A DNA stretch of 64,000 nucleotides from NCBI RefSeq assembly GCF_009914755.1, contig NC_060927.1; one strand, 5' to 3'. How positions within the stretch are numbered: position 1 is the first letter of the stretch; every line of letters begins with the position of its first letter. Made by a program: the position numbers and the translations under genes. The notes under the pieces were generated by a model that was not told the origin of the DNA, did no database searches, and saw nothing but the letters and a program-made list of their open reading frames with translations. This document shows positions 29,115-43,266 of the stretch, piece by piece. Source of the DNA: the human T2T-CHM13v2.0 reference genome, Homo sapiens.

Positions 29115-30449
29115 ATGGAAGAGCATAGCTACATACAAAAGGAGCTAGATTTACAAAATGGTAGCTTAGAGGAAGACTCTGTGGTGCATTCTGTTGAGAA
29201 CGATTCCCAAAACATGATGGAGAGCCTCAGCCCAAAGAAATACTCTTCCAGTCTGAGATTTAAAGCCAATGGAGACTATTCTGGCTCCTATTTAACCCTC
29301 TCACAACCTGTGCCTGCAAAGAGAAGCCCTTCTCCTTTGGGAACCAGTGTCAGAAGCAGCCCCTCCTTAGCCAAAATCCAGGGAAGCAAGCAGTTCTCTT
29401 ATGATGGAACTGACAAAAATATTCCTATGAAACCTCCAACTCCTTTACTCAACACTACATCCTCCCTCAGTGGATATCCACTTGGAAGAGCAGACTTTGA
29501 TCATTATACTGGCCGGGACAGTGAAAGGGCCTTGAGGCTCTCAGAGAAGCCTCCCTATTCCAAATATAGCTCAAGGCATAAATCGCATGACAATGTCTAC
29601 TCTCTTGGAGGGCTGGAAGGTCGGAAGGCATCTGGCTCGCTCCTGGCCATGTGGAATGGAAGTTCCCTGAGTGATGCTGGCCCGCCTCCTATCAGCAGAT
29701 CGGGAGCCGCAAGCATGCCTTCAAGCCCAAAGCAAGCCAGGAAAATGAGCATTCAGGACAGCCTGGCGCTTCAACCCAAGTTAACTAGACACAAGGAGCT
29801 TGCATCTGAAAACATCAATTTGAGAACTAGGAAGTACTCCAGCAGCAGCCTGAGTCACATGGGAGCCTACAGCCGATCACTTCCCAGGTTGTACAGAGCC
29901 ACAGAGAACCAGCTGACACCTCTCAGCTTGCCTCCAAGAAACTCTCTGGGCAATTCCAAACGAACAAAACTTGGGGAAAAGGATCTACCTCATAGCGTAA
30001 TAGACAATGACAATTACCTTAATTTTTCTTCTTTGAGCTCAGGGGCTTTACCCTATAAAACCTCTGCTTCTGAAGGCAATCCTTATGTAAGTTCTACCCT
30101 CAGTGTCCCTGCCAGTCCACGAGTGGCTCGGAAGATGCTTCTGGCCTCCACCTCCTCCTGTGCCTCTGATGACTTTGATCAGGCTTCATATGTGGGGACA
30201 AACCCGAGTCATTCACTTCTTGCTGGAGAGTCAGACAGAGTTTTTGCGACCAGGAGGAACTTCTCTTGTGGATCTGTGGAATTTGATGAGGCAGATTTGG
30301 AAAGCCTCAGACAGGCCTCAGGAACCCCCCAGCCTGCCCTTCGGGAACGGAAAAGCAGTATTAGCTCCATTTCAGGACGTGATGACCTGATGGATTATCA
30401 CCGGCGGCAGAGGGAGGAAAGACTCAGGGAGCAGGAAATGGAGCGATTG
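29115..30449 (+). CDS. PHLDB2: PHLDB2 (LL5-beta) first coding exon, codons 1-445; exon spans 29101-30449
   Basis: MEEHSYIQKELDLQNGSLEEDSVVHSVENDSQN...RQREERLREQEMERL recognised as the PHLDB2 N-terminus; acceptor tttctttacag|A at 29100/29101; Kozak-like attATGG; donor TTG|GTAATC at 30449/30450, phase 0. Confidence 0.96.
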
Positions 30450-31376
30450 GTAATCTTCATCTCAACAGTGATTGACCTCACTGTTTCATTAACCAGCATC
30501 TACAGGGCAGCCTTGGAGATGGACTCCAGGATATGTGGGAATATAGGATATTCATGTTCACTAGCCACAGCTGCTATCTTTCTCTTCTCTCCTGCTATCC
30601 TTCTTCTTCCCATATCACTATTAATAGGCTTGTTTGGCTATCTTGAAGGCCTCCAGGAATTAATGTTAATTTAGTTGCTCTGCGGACTTCTCACAAGTAT
30701 AAATTCTTTAAAAACATAACAGAGGAGTTGCGAATTTTATGAAATTTCTGAGTCTTACAAACTTCTCTTTAAGACTATGAGGAAATGCTGACTTGTATTA
30801 TTTATATCATTAAATTTGCTTGTGTATGGTTATGAGAAGTAGTCAGTGAAATCATGACTCACCAAGAATTAGGTAGTAAATTTGTCTTTATAGCAAGTTG
30901 TCTAGAAAGTTGGAGTTGCCTCAGTGGTGCTCAGCTTTTCTCCACACTGTTCATACACAACCTTACTATCTTTAGCTCTGATTCTTATCACGTACAGTGA
31001 TTCCAAACTACACATACTCACAAGATCTATTGAGTTGTCTTTTTCCATTTAAAATGAATTTATACTTATTGTTGAAATATTGAAAATAAGACGGGGAAAC
31101 ATCCCTTGAGAGTCTCACCAATGAATGAGAACAAACAACTGCATTTTTCCTTTCTCTTTTAAGCACAGGTTTTTCTCTTAGAATGAATATCTGTGAGAGA
31201 TTACTTTGATTCATTTTTGATTCATGATTTCCTTAACAAGAGAAGCTGCAGGATAGTAAAGCTGATTTACAGCAACACAGTAGGATTATCAGTGTTTTAG
31301 TCGCTAAAATATTCTAGAATATGATTTTTGAATCACAAAACTGGTTGATACCCTATAGGACAATAAAATTGTAACC

Positions 31377-31581
31377 CAGGCTTGTCCAACCTGTGGCCTG
31401 TGGGCCGCACAAGGCCCACAATGGCTTTGAATGCCACCCAATACAAACTCAAAGTTTCTTAAAACATTATGAGATTTTTTTTGCCTTTTTTTTTTTTTAA
31501 GCTCATCAGCTATCGTTAGTGTATTTTATGTGTGGCCCAAGACAATTCTTCTCCAGTGTGGCCCAAGATTGGACACCCCTG
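31377..31581. mobile_element. MER30 (hAT-Charlie)
   Basis: TIR-like ends caggcttgtccaa / ttggacacccctg and exact 8-bp TSD ttgtaacc (31369-31376, 31582-31589). Confidence 0.9.
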
Positions 31582-34408
31582 TTGTAACCTTTGGATTATA
31601 ATGGACAGAAACCATTTGCATCCATCCAGAAGGAAATACGTTTGACATTTTAGAGCAGTAATCATTTGCATCACTCATAGTTTTTGATAAGTTGATGTCT
31701 GTTCTTACAGAGTTTTCAAATACCCTAACTGACAATAGTGAATGAAAACAAATGTGCATACCCTTAGAGAATTTAGACAGTCTTTGAGTGGGTCAGTTAT
31801 ACAGTACTCAGTATGACTTTCCTCTTTATTACCATAAATAATCTCTGCAGACTGTTCATGGTCACAAAATGGCATTGTGTTTGGGCTTGCTTCATTGACA
31901 GAAATTCAGAAGATGTTTTAATTAGCATACAAAAGTCTTGTATATGGACAGCAAATAGAATGCTATACCATGCAGAGCAACTATTATTTATAAAGCCAGA
32001 ATATTAACTTCTATCCAATAACTTATCAAGAAATCTGGGAGAGCATTTTTAATGGCTTCCATTACTCCGGACATCTTCCTTAAATGCTTCTATTTGCTCT
32101 TCTGTTCCAAGGATAGGGAACCAAATTCAAGAAATTCATCTCTGCTAGGTTTCATGTTCAGCATCTCTAAGTGTTGGTGAATTTCTCTTTCCTCCAGATT
32201 TTCCAAATCTGGTATGGTTCTTGGCAATCCAGGAAGTGACCTTCTGTACTGCCTGTAAGGTTGGGCCTGTTAAGTCATAAACAGTTTTGACTTCTTGGGA
32301 GAGCTTTGTGGATATTGCTCTAAATATGAAGTTATATATTTTTTCTTTAATAGTGGGCGTATCGTATTTGTTGAAATGAGGCTTATTTTTAAATTTGACA
32401 CTCTAGACTTGATCTTGGTTGCATGGTCTATTTGTTTGACTACATTGTGGTAAAAGGGATGACGGATTCTTATCAAGCCTATGCAAAAGATGATATTGCC
32501 ATTAAAAAGTAAAGTGACTCAAGTTACTTCCTGAATTCTGAGAGATCAGTGAGAACAATTTACCATTAAAATAATATTTCAGTTAGTTTGCAAAATCAGA
32601 GTTAGCTGAATAGAGGATTAGAGATAGAGCAGTATGAATGCCAAAGGGTTTTCCCCCTGAAAAAATAGAACATTAAAAATAATACTAGTAATATTCCAAA
32701 ACATATATCCACATTTAGAAATTCATTTTTTATTATCAATTCAATCACTTCTATGTAATTAATTCTTATTCCTCTGTATCTTAGGCTCTTAATTTGGTTT
32801 CATGAAGTCATCTATTTCTAGACTAAAAAGTCCTGAAAATCTGATGTGGCTGCCTAGTACTATCTCATTTTTGTCTATGCAATTCTTTGAAATATTTAGG
32901 GTTAAGAATACCTGGTAAAGTTCTGTCCACAAGGTTCTAAAACTGTCTTTTCTTCATTAATGAGATATTGTATTTTGTAGACAAGCTCACGGAGAAAGTA
33001 GAGAACACTTGGTGAATGTAAGAGTTAAGTGGCTATGGTTATTTATGGTTAATTTAACAAACAATATCAGCATGAAGGAGAGTTAAAATCCTTTAAATCA
33101 GTTTTTTAAGAACATATTACAGAGAGTGAGGGCACTGACATATATTCAGGGTCTTTGTGTAAAGTACCCAATCTTTGAACATTACCTATAATATTAAAAA
33201 TATTATTTTACCCGTACAAAATTATCTTAAGGAAGGGCAACTTTCTCATTTGATTTGAGAAATTTTTAGGGGCACAGTGAACAAACCTAATTATTTCTAG
33301 CCTCTTTCTTTTTGTAAAATTAAAGACAAATCTTTGTGATTGCCCAGAGGTTCTCTGGGAAAACCTAAAAGTAGTTCAGGAATAGATATCTTGGAAATTA
33401 TATTTTTTTTCTGTATTTAGGGTCTGCCTGATCTTGAAGGCAAAATCAGAGATTTTGTCACTTGAGTAATAAAGAATTGTGTATACCTGAGAGTAGTGAA
33501 TGTTTGTGGTTTGGCTATTTAAGAAAATGGCAATAGATTATTTTATGATGAGCAAGAAAGCTCAAATCATTCAAAAATGAAGAAAACTCTTTGCAAGAAT
33601 ATATTCCAATCATCGCAAAGCTCAGGAAGTTACACTTGTAAGGTACTAATCTCTGTTCTGTGGGCAGATTAGTACTGCCTTTTACAAGCATAGGCTGATT
33701 TCTCCAAGATCAGTCTGTCATTTCAATAGAGATAACTGCATTTTAGTTTTACATTAACAGGGTGCTTGTCATATATTACATTTTTAATGCATTACATTAA
33801 ACATACTTTATGAATAATTGCATCAAAATCATGCAAACTTTGCCAAATTTTTAAAATTTTATTACTTCTTTATAGCCTTTTTATTTGCAAGCATTATAAA
33901 CCAAGTTAAATCTAACTCCCTTTTTGCAAATCTGCAATTTTCTGTTTCCATCAACTTCTGCCCTTCATTGTTCTCTTCCACATTCTGGAACAACCAGACA
34001 CTAAGACAAAAATACTTAAAGGTATCAGAAATTATGTTCAAGCTAACACATCACAGAACATAATTACTGATAATGTGAAAAGGTTTGTCACAGTTATAGT
34101 TCAGTTTAGATGAGCACAAAGTTTATATTTTTCTTAATTTTATAGAAGTAATCTTAGCTTATGTTTTTAGCAAACTAATATAAGACAGTTTAAAAGTTCA
34201 GGTAAACTAATCTCTTCATCATAAAACATTCAAGTTTTTTTAAAAAATGAGATTATACTTGTATTATACTGTACACTGATGAAACAAGGAAAAGATGTGT
34301 AGCTGTTTTGTTGTTGTTTTTAAAATGTATTTTTTTCTTAAAAGTTGTATTTACCCATGACACAGCCCCAGGAGATCCTGACAACATGTGTCCCTATAGC
34401 TGTTTTTA

Positions 34409-34769
<361 letters not shown>

Positions 34770-36226
34770 TCACAAAATTTATTTCAAGAAAATAAATTCT
34801 TGAAATTCTGGGAATGTTAAATTTATCTAACTACTTGATAATCTCTATAAACCAATCAGAACAGTAGGCCTTCTCTGTTTAATTTATTATTATCCTCGGG
34901 AGATAGAAAAATACTTCACCTACAAACAGTGTTCCCCACCCTGCCCCCAGGTAGAAAGACAGATGAAAGGTTTATGGCTTAAGTCCTACAGCTCCAATTA
35001 CAGATCAAAAGTGAACACTAGAACACAAAATCTCACTTTTCCAGATCTCAAAAGACTGATTGCTTTTCCATCAGGCACAAAATATATTCCTGATCTGAGT
35101 ACACAAATAGAAAAACAAATTATAAACAACAACAACAACAAACAAATACTCTGTCACCTCTCACCTGACCAAGACTGGATTCCGATTCTACCTGTCAACT
35201 CACCACGTGGTCAGATCGTGAAACCAGATTCCTAGTCATGGCTGCCACCAATGGAGATAACTGTCAGTTGTATGCAAACCAAAACCCCAGTGAAACTTGG
35301 CCAAGGATTAGAAACAAAAACTAAGACAGACTCAGTAAAACAAAAGCTAAAGAGATTAGCGAGTCAGTGAAGGTGATGTTCTACTGCCATTTGTGATTTA
35401 CCTCAGAAGCCAAGAAAAGATGTGTCTGGGCATCCAGCCCATGAGATATACTTCATGGGCAGTGCAATTTAATTGACTGGATAGAGTGAGTCACTTGCAC
35501 ATTTTATTAGGACCTCCAAATTGTCAAAGCATAATTTTCAAAAAGTAAACGCAACTCTTATATAAATGAAGAATGAATAGATGCCAAAGATTTCTTTAAC
35601 TCATTAATGAGGAAACCAGGTGGGGTAAAGCTGGTTCACTAAGCATAATATCTGTAATATTTTTAGGTCTGCTGTGATTCTACTAGTGTTTCACCTGGAT
35701 TTTTTTTAATGTGTTCAATCTTTATTTGAAAACTCAAGGTAGTTTTATTGAGTATTAAAGATCGAACTGTAATTATGTATCTCCAAGGGCCTATTAATGA
35801 GGTAAATAATCCACTTTGAGTCCGTATTAAATAACCTCCAGCTGCTGTGCTATTTGAGATGTTTAGTTTGTTCCTTTTTTAAAAAAATAATTTTACTTTT
35901 TTGGTTTTGCTCTCAGCTGCCAATTCATGCTTTGGTCATTTTTGCCAGCCTTTTCGTTTTTTATGATCTTAGAAACCAGTTATCAAGCCTTGATTTGAAA
36001 TGTTCTGAACTAAGAGTGACTAAGTACAAGTGAGGTTCTCAAGGAGGTCCTGAGCACATGAAGTGTGTGCTCTTTAGTTCATAGACCTTGTGACATCCAT
36101 TTGGACTGGTTGGTGGTCATTTTAACTTCCTCACTCTGAGCTATGTTTCAAGTAGAGGACATTAATGGATAAGGTGTTGCTAGAGGGCTGGGATGCTGAT
36201 TCTTTGACAAATTAGATGTTCTAGAG

Positions 36227-36754
36227 CATGGGTCACCAACCCCTGGGCCATGGGCCACAGACCAGTAGCGTTTGTGGCCTGTTAGGAATGGGGCCGCAGA
36301 GCAGGAGGTGAGCGGTGAGCCAGCAAAGGTTCATTTGTATTTCCAGCCACTCTCCATCACTCACGTTACTGCCTGAGCTCCAACTCCTGTCAGATCAGTG
36401 GTGGCATTGGATTTTCAAAAGAGCATGAACACTATTGTGAACTGCTCATGTGAGGAATCTGGGTTGCGTGCTCTTTATGAGAGTCTAATGCCCTGATGAT
36501 CTGTCACTGTCTCCCATCACTCCCAGATGGGGCCATCTAGTTGCAGGAAAACAAGCTCAGGGCTCCCACTGATTCTACATTATGATGAGTTATATAATTA
36601 TTTCATTACACATTACAGTGTAGTAATAATAGAAATAAAGTGCCCAATAAATGTAATGTGCTTGAATCACCCCGAAACCATCCCTCCCCCATGTCCATGG
36701 AAAAATTGTCTTCCATGAGACCAATCCTGTTGCCAAAAATTTTGCGGACTGCTG
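36227..36754. mobile_element. MER1A (hAT-Charlie)
   Basis: Matches recalled MER1A (gtggcctgttaggaa...ctagttgcaggaaaacaagctcagggctcccactgattctacattatg...); exact 8-bp TSD ttctagag (36219-36226, 36755-36762). Confidence 0.92.
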
Positions 36755-38914
36755 TTCTAGAGGTTAGAAAAGTCATTATAAAGTAGGGTATTCTTGTATT
36801 CATCCTATTTGACACCTGCCTTCCTCCAAGTAGTCCAGAGGTAGTGATGGCCGTCTAGAGCTTTTTATGGTCCAAGGCAGTGAAAGTCATTTTCAGAAGA
36901 AAAGGGGAAAATTAAAAAATGAAAGCAAACCCTGATGCTTTTAAGAGTATTCATTTGGTTACGTTGCCAAAAGCATCTTGTTCTTTTGTGGAGAACCAGT
37001 GGATTCCCACAAATTGCATTGTAGCCATCCAATATTTTCTTTCTGGCTGGTGATAGTCGTCTGTAGTGCCTTGGTAAATAGCATTGTTGCCATTTAGAAC
37101 TATGCAGGGCCACATTGATACTTATTTCTCAAACATGTTGTAATGTGATACCAGCTCTCATGAAGCATCATGGAGTAAGTTTTTCTGATTTTTTACACAC
37201 ATACGAATTTTTTCCATTACATATGGATTCCTTGAAAATAAGGTTGGCTTTCTTTTAAGGCACATATTAATGTTTCTGTGGTAGTTATGCGAATAGGTGA
37301 AATGTCTGGGTCAGCAATTCCTACCATTGAAGGTGTTTTGTCCTTATAGTTCCCATGAAAGCACTTTATAACTATATAATTTTAATCAGTAAGAGGCTGG
37401 GACCATACCTATCTTGCTCACCACTATAGATGCACCTCCTAGCCAGATGACTAGAGTATAGGAAGCATTCTTTACATGTTTTTAAAAAGAGTAATTGAAT
37501 GTTTTTGATACCCATTCTTGACATTTATTCTGGGTTTCCTTAATCTGTGACTGTAGTTTGCATCCCTGGTTCCCAGATGATAAGCATTTAGTTCTAGGTA
37601 ATAGAGAAGCTCTATACAAAAAATGAAGATATCTCAGTATAAATGCATTCTTTTTTACTTCCAGAAAGGGGAAATTCTTTTCCAACTTTCAATTAAAAAT
37701 AAAAAGATGAAAGAGTTATTTTTCTTTACTTTGAAAATTTTCTAGCATTCTTTGTAAGAATTGGTGCTCTCCAAGGTCGTACAAAAACCAAAGCTACAGG
37801 TCTGAGAGTCTTGCTTGTGTACCATTGAGCAGATGATAGATCTAATGTTTCTAAAATTAAGTAAAAGACTAATTGAGCATATTTGTTTAAGGATTTTTGG
37901 TATTTTATAAAATAAATTTATATGTTCTCTAATCTCTGAAACGTGGTCAGATGCAGATGCTATTTTAAAGACCAGAAAATAAACAGGTTGGTATTATTTA
38001 ATGTTGTAATTAGGAAAAATTGTTTAGGAACCCAAGACTAGTGAGCGTTGTCAGGTCAAAGTGACTCCACATGTAGATTTTTGCTTCTCTATTTGCTTCT
38101 TGCTGTCTCTATTTCCTAGTGAGTCCTGACCGCCCCCCCCCAAAATAAGTTGGGCATTCAGACCTTTTTGGCTATGTTGAGCCATATTATAAGTTTGACA
38201 ATATTTTTTGTTTGAATAGCAGAATGGACAATGTTAAGAGCATGCTTATTGTTGCTTAGTCATAGTATTAATCTTTTTTTTTTTTTTAGAAGAATGTCTT
38301 TGAAATGTGAAGGCAAACTTAAGTATTGAAAACTATTTTGTCCTCCAGTCTTACTTGAATCTCCTTCCTGATGTGGCCCTTCCGTTTGCTACATCCTGAG
38401 TATAATTTTAATTTATTAAAAAAATGGCTGCACTAGCTGGAAGAAGCCAGCTAAATTGCAGATGGTGTGAGAGGTTTGTTTACCAACCCAATAAACTTAG
38501 TGGCTCAAGACTTTTGAAAGGATCTTGAGAAACAATGGCTCTCTTCCTATACTCTGAGCTAGAATGGCCATTGTCAGGTACATAAGTTGATTTAATCTTC
38601 AGATTCAGCCTAAGCCTTAAGCTGAATTTTTGCTGTGGAGCCTTTTCTTAATTTCTCTAATGTTTAAAATAGCCAGTCAATTCTCTACCTTTTTTTTTTT
38701 TAACTTTCCTACCTTGTTTGGAGGGTTTATCAGATTTAGCTCAGAAATATGATGTGAGCCATGAATGTCATTTTAAATTTTTTTATGTTAAGGTAAGCAA
38801 AAAAAAAAAAAATCCAGGTGAAATTAGGTATAATATATTTGACAGCACAGGAGTAGATTGACGATGCTACCCACTCCCTAAATTAGCAATCTATTCTCTA
38901 AGTAAACAGCACTA

Positions 38915-39865
38915 TTTCTTTTTTTTTTTTTGGATTTATTTTTATTTATTTATTTATTTATTTATTTATTTTTTATTATACTTTAAGTTTTAGGGTACAT
39001 GTGCACATTGTGCAGGTTAGTTACATACGTATACATGTGCCATGCTGGTGTGCTGCACCCACTAACTCGTCATCTAGCATTAGGTATATCTCCCAATGCT
39101 ATCCCTCCCCCCTCCCCCCACCCCACAACAGTCCCCAGAGTGTGATATTCCCCTTCCTGTGTCCATGTGATCTCATTGTTCAATTCCCACCTATGAGTGA
39201 GAATATGCGGTGTTTGGTTTTTTGTTCTTGCGATAGTTTACTGAGAATGATGATTTCCAATTTCATCCATGTCCCTACAAAGGACATGAATTCATCATTT
39301 TTTGTGGCTGCATAGTATTCCATGGTGTATATGTGCCACATTTTCTTAATCCAGTCTATCATTGTTGGACATTTGGGTTGGTTCCAAGTCTTTGCTATTG
39401 TGAGTAATGCCGCAATAAACATACATGTGCATGTGTCTTTATAGCAGCATGATTTATAGTCCTTTGAGTATATACCCAGTAATGGGATGGCTGGGTCAAA
39501 TGGTATTTCTAGTTCTAGATCCCTGAGGAATCACCACACTGACTTCCACAATGGTTGAACTAGTTTACACTCCCACCAACAGTGTAAAAGTGTTCCTATT
39601 TCTCCACATCCTCTCCAACATCTGTTGTTTCCTGACTTTTTAATGATTGCCTTTCTAACTGGTGTGAGATGGTTTCTCATTGTTGTTTTGATTTGCATTT
39701 CTCTAATGACCAGTGATGATGAGCTTTTTTTTCATATGTTTGTTGGCTGCATGAATGTCTTCTTTTGAGAAGTGTCTGTTCATATCCTTTGCCCACTTTT
39801 TGATAGGGTTGTTTTTTTCTTGTAAATTTGTTTGAGTTCATTGTAGATTCTGGATATTAGCCCTT
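38915..39865 (-). mobile_element. 5'-truncated young L1 (L1PA2/3-like 3'UTR) with (TTTA)n-type tail
   Basis: 3'UTR gtgcacattgtgcaggttagttaca...cccactaactcgtcatctagcattagg; ORF2 C-terminus (ORF 39180-39422). Confidence 0.95.
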
Positions 39866-39983
39866 AAAATAAGTACATTTTTTGTCACTGGGTAATATAA
39901 AGAAAAATGTTATCTGTCATCAGATCACCTTGGGTCATTAGAGAATAAAGCAAGGACTTTCTCTCTACAAATTGCTGGTTTGC

Positions 39984-40015
<32 letters not shown>

Positions 40016-40617
40016 GTGGGTCTGTATGTGTGTATATGTTGATTAAATATTAAAGGAATTAATCATTAGCAAAGTTGGGCTGCCAATTGTCCTCCATTAA
40101 CTGAGAGTAAAAAAAAAAACGGTTGTCATACCTTTTTTCTTTCTTCTTCACTTGGAGAGATGGGCAGAAAAGCAGTGAGAAGGAAAAATTAGCATTTGGC
40201 AATAATCTAATGACTTCACATTGGGGAAAAAGAGCTAAAGTCTTCATGAAATTCTATATTGCAGTAGTCCATTCTTGAGAGCAAACCCTCTGTTCTTATA
40301 GTAGCAGTACAAGCTATTGCCTCTTGATGGTGCCATGCATTAAAGAATTTGAGAGATGTATGTTCTGACTCTTCACATGGTTCAGCTTTCTCAGGCTAAA
40401 CGCTGAAATATAGAAAGCAACTTGGACTAAAAAGAGGCCCTGTATGCCCCTGTGTCAGTTATAGAAGAAGTCTCATTCCTTTTTAAAATCATAAATAAAT
40501 ATATGAACACTTGTTTCTTAAATAAGAAATAAAGATCATAAATAAAATTTGTAGAAAGAAATATAAACTAAATAAAAACTGAAAATATATCAAGACCAAC
40601 AAATATATAGGAGTGGA

Positions 40618-40910
<293 letters not shown>

Positions 40911-40954
<44 letters not shown>
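40911..40954. repeat. (TCTA)11 tetranucleotide STR at the Alu tail
   Basis: 44 nt of perfect TCTA. Confidence 0.95.
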
Positions 40955-40955
<1 letters not shown>

Positions 40956-41054
40956 TTATATGGAGATACATTAAGTGAAGGAGGACTATTGATTGTTTCT
41001 GGTAAAAGTGGTCCCCATATTTGTTGTCAAATTACTTAGTATATCTATATTTAT

Positions 41055-41705
41055 TTATTATTCTTTTTTTGAGGAGAGTCTTGCTATGTTGTCCAGGCTG
41101 GAGTACAGTGGCATGATCTCGGCTCAGCCTGCTGAGTAGCTGGGATTACAGGTGCATGCCACAATGCCCAACTAATTTTTGTATTTTTAGTAGACACAGG
41201 GTTTTGCCATGTTGGCCAGGTTGTTCTCGAACTCCTGGCCTCAAGTGATTTGCTCCCCTTAGCCTCTGAAAGTATTGGGATTACAGGCGTGAGCCACCAT
41301 GCCTGGCTTAGTATATCTAAATTTAAAAGCTATTTATTGAGCTACCATTTTAAAAATTTATCATCAGCTAATAGGTTTAGTGATTGTGCTGGCTAATTCT
41401 TTTTTCTTCCCCCCACCGAGACGGAGTCTCCCTCTGTTGCCCAGGCTAGAGTGCAGTGGCGTGATCTCAGCTCACTGCAACCTCCGCCTCCTAAGGGTTC
41501 AAGCAATTCTCCTGCCTCAGCCTCCCAAGTAGCTGGGATTACAGGCAGCTGCCACCATACCTGGCTAATTTTTGTATTTTTAGTAGAGACGGGGTTTCGC
41601 CACGTATGTTGGCCAGGCTGGTCTGGAACTCCTGACCTCAGGCGATCTGCCTGCCTTGGCCACCCAAAGTGCTAGGATTATAGGTGTGAGCCACCGCGTC
41701 CAGGC
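41055..41705 (-). mobile_element. Two reverse Alus (~41055-41307 with internal deletion; ~41416-41705)
   Basis: Reverse Alu sequence; the first jumps from ctcggctca directly to gcctgctgagtagc. Confidence 0.9.
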
Positions 41706-41939
41706 TGCGCTGGCTAATTCTTATAATGTGAATTTCTCTTCCCCAGCTTGAGAAAAGATTATGGGAATATTTGCTGTAGAGAATATTCTTAAAGTTGGAA
41801 ATTGATTTTTCAAAAAAAAAAAAAAATCCAAAACAAGCATTACAAGGGTAACACATCCAGCACTTTTTCTTTTGTTTCAGCCATCTCAATGTGCTAGTTA
41901 TGAAGGTGCTTATTAGAAGTCACTTAAACAAAATAATCT

Positions 41940-42310
41940 CTTTATGTTGAATAATCGGAGATTCACAAGCAATCATAGGACGTAATTCAAAGGGATCCTG
42001 TGTATCCTTTACCCAGTTTCCTCCAATGGTAACATCTTGCCAAACTATAGGACAATGTCAGAGCTAGGATATTGACATTGATACAGTGAAGATACAGAAC
42101 AGTTCTAACACCACAACGGTCTCTCATGTTGGCCTTTTATAGCCATACCAGCTTCCCTTCTCCTTAACCCCCATAACCACTGATTTCTTCTCCATTTCTA
42201 TAATTTTATCATTTCACAATATAACCATATAGCATGTAACCTGTGGGTTTGGCTTTGTTCACTCAGCAGAGTTCTGTGGAAATTGGGCAGGTTGTTGCAG
42301 TCACTGGTTC
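41940..42310 (-). mobile_element. Old L1M-type 3' fragment
   Basis: cctgtgtatcctttacccagtttcctccaatggtaacatcttg...ggatattgacattgatacagt resembles L1MC/MD 3'UTR. Confidence 0.65.
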
Positions 42311-43217
42311 ATCAGGTTTAAGACTAGGATACATGAGGCAAAGGGAAATCCCAGAGACACACTTCTGTGTGTTTCGTTGGGTCCCCAGTCTGCCTTTTTC
42401 CACCTTTCAGAGTCTTCTGTTTTTTTCCCCATATAATGTACAGGGTTCTGAGTTATACTTAGTGGGAGAAATAGGGTAAAGTATGTCTAATTCATCTTCC
42501 CTGAAGCTGAAGTCAGTGAGATTAGTTTCCTAAAGTTGCAAATAGCCAAAAGCTTTGCTCTGGTGAAGTCTAATGACTGCAGGTTGAAAATTTTTGGTTT
42601 GGATAAATTGGTATTTCTTATTCAAAATTGCTAAGACCATATCCCAGCTCTGGGGTTGTAATTTGGATTTTGAGAAAAGACAGAATTTTAGGAAAATGCT
42701 GAGTAGAATTAAGAGGAACAAATTTCTCATATGGTGATTATTCTTTCATTCTGATTATAGAATAACAAGCTGAAGCTATGAAAGGTCATCTTTTCCATCA
42801 GATCACGAAGACCAAGGCTTAAATCATCTTAGGCAGAGATTTCAATTTACAAGTTGTCTTGGGAGAAAGGAAAATATTCAGGCATACCTCTGAGATATTG
42901 TGGGTTTGGTTCCAGACCACCGCAAGAAGGCGAACATCATAATAAAGCAAGTGACGCAAATTTTTTGGTTTCCCAGTGCATATTAAAGTTATGTTTACAC
43001 TATACTGTAATATATTAAGTATGCAACAGCATTATGTATAAAAATGTACATACCTTAATTTAAAAATACTTTATTGCTTAAAAAAATACTAACAATTATA
43101 TGAGCCTTCAGTGAGTTGTAATCTTTTTGCTAGTGGAGGGTTTTGTCTTGATGTTGATGGCTGCTGACTGAACAAGCTGGTGGTTCTTGAAGGTTGGAGT
43201 GGCTGTGGCAATTTCTT

Positions 43218-43221
43218 TGTG

Positions 43222-43266
<45 letters not shown>

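Noticed and set aside
30103-30390. 95-aa alternative-frame ORF inside the PHLDB2 exon
   Set aside because: Starts at GTG, lies deep in the CDS, no supporting features visible
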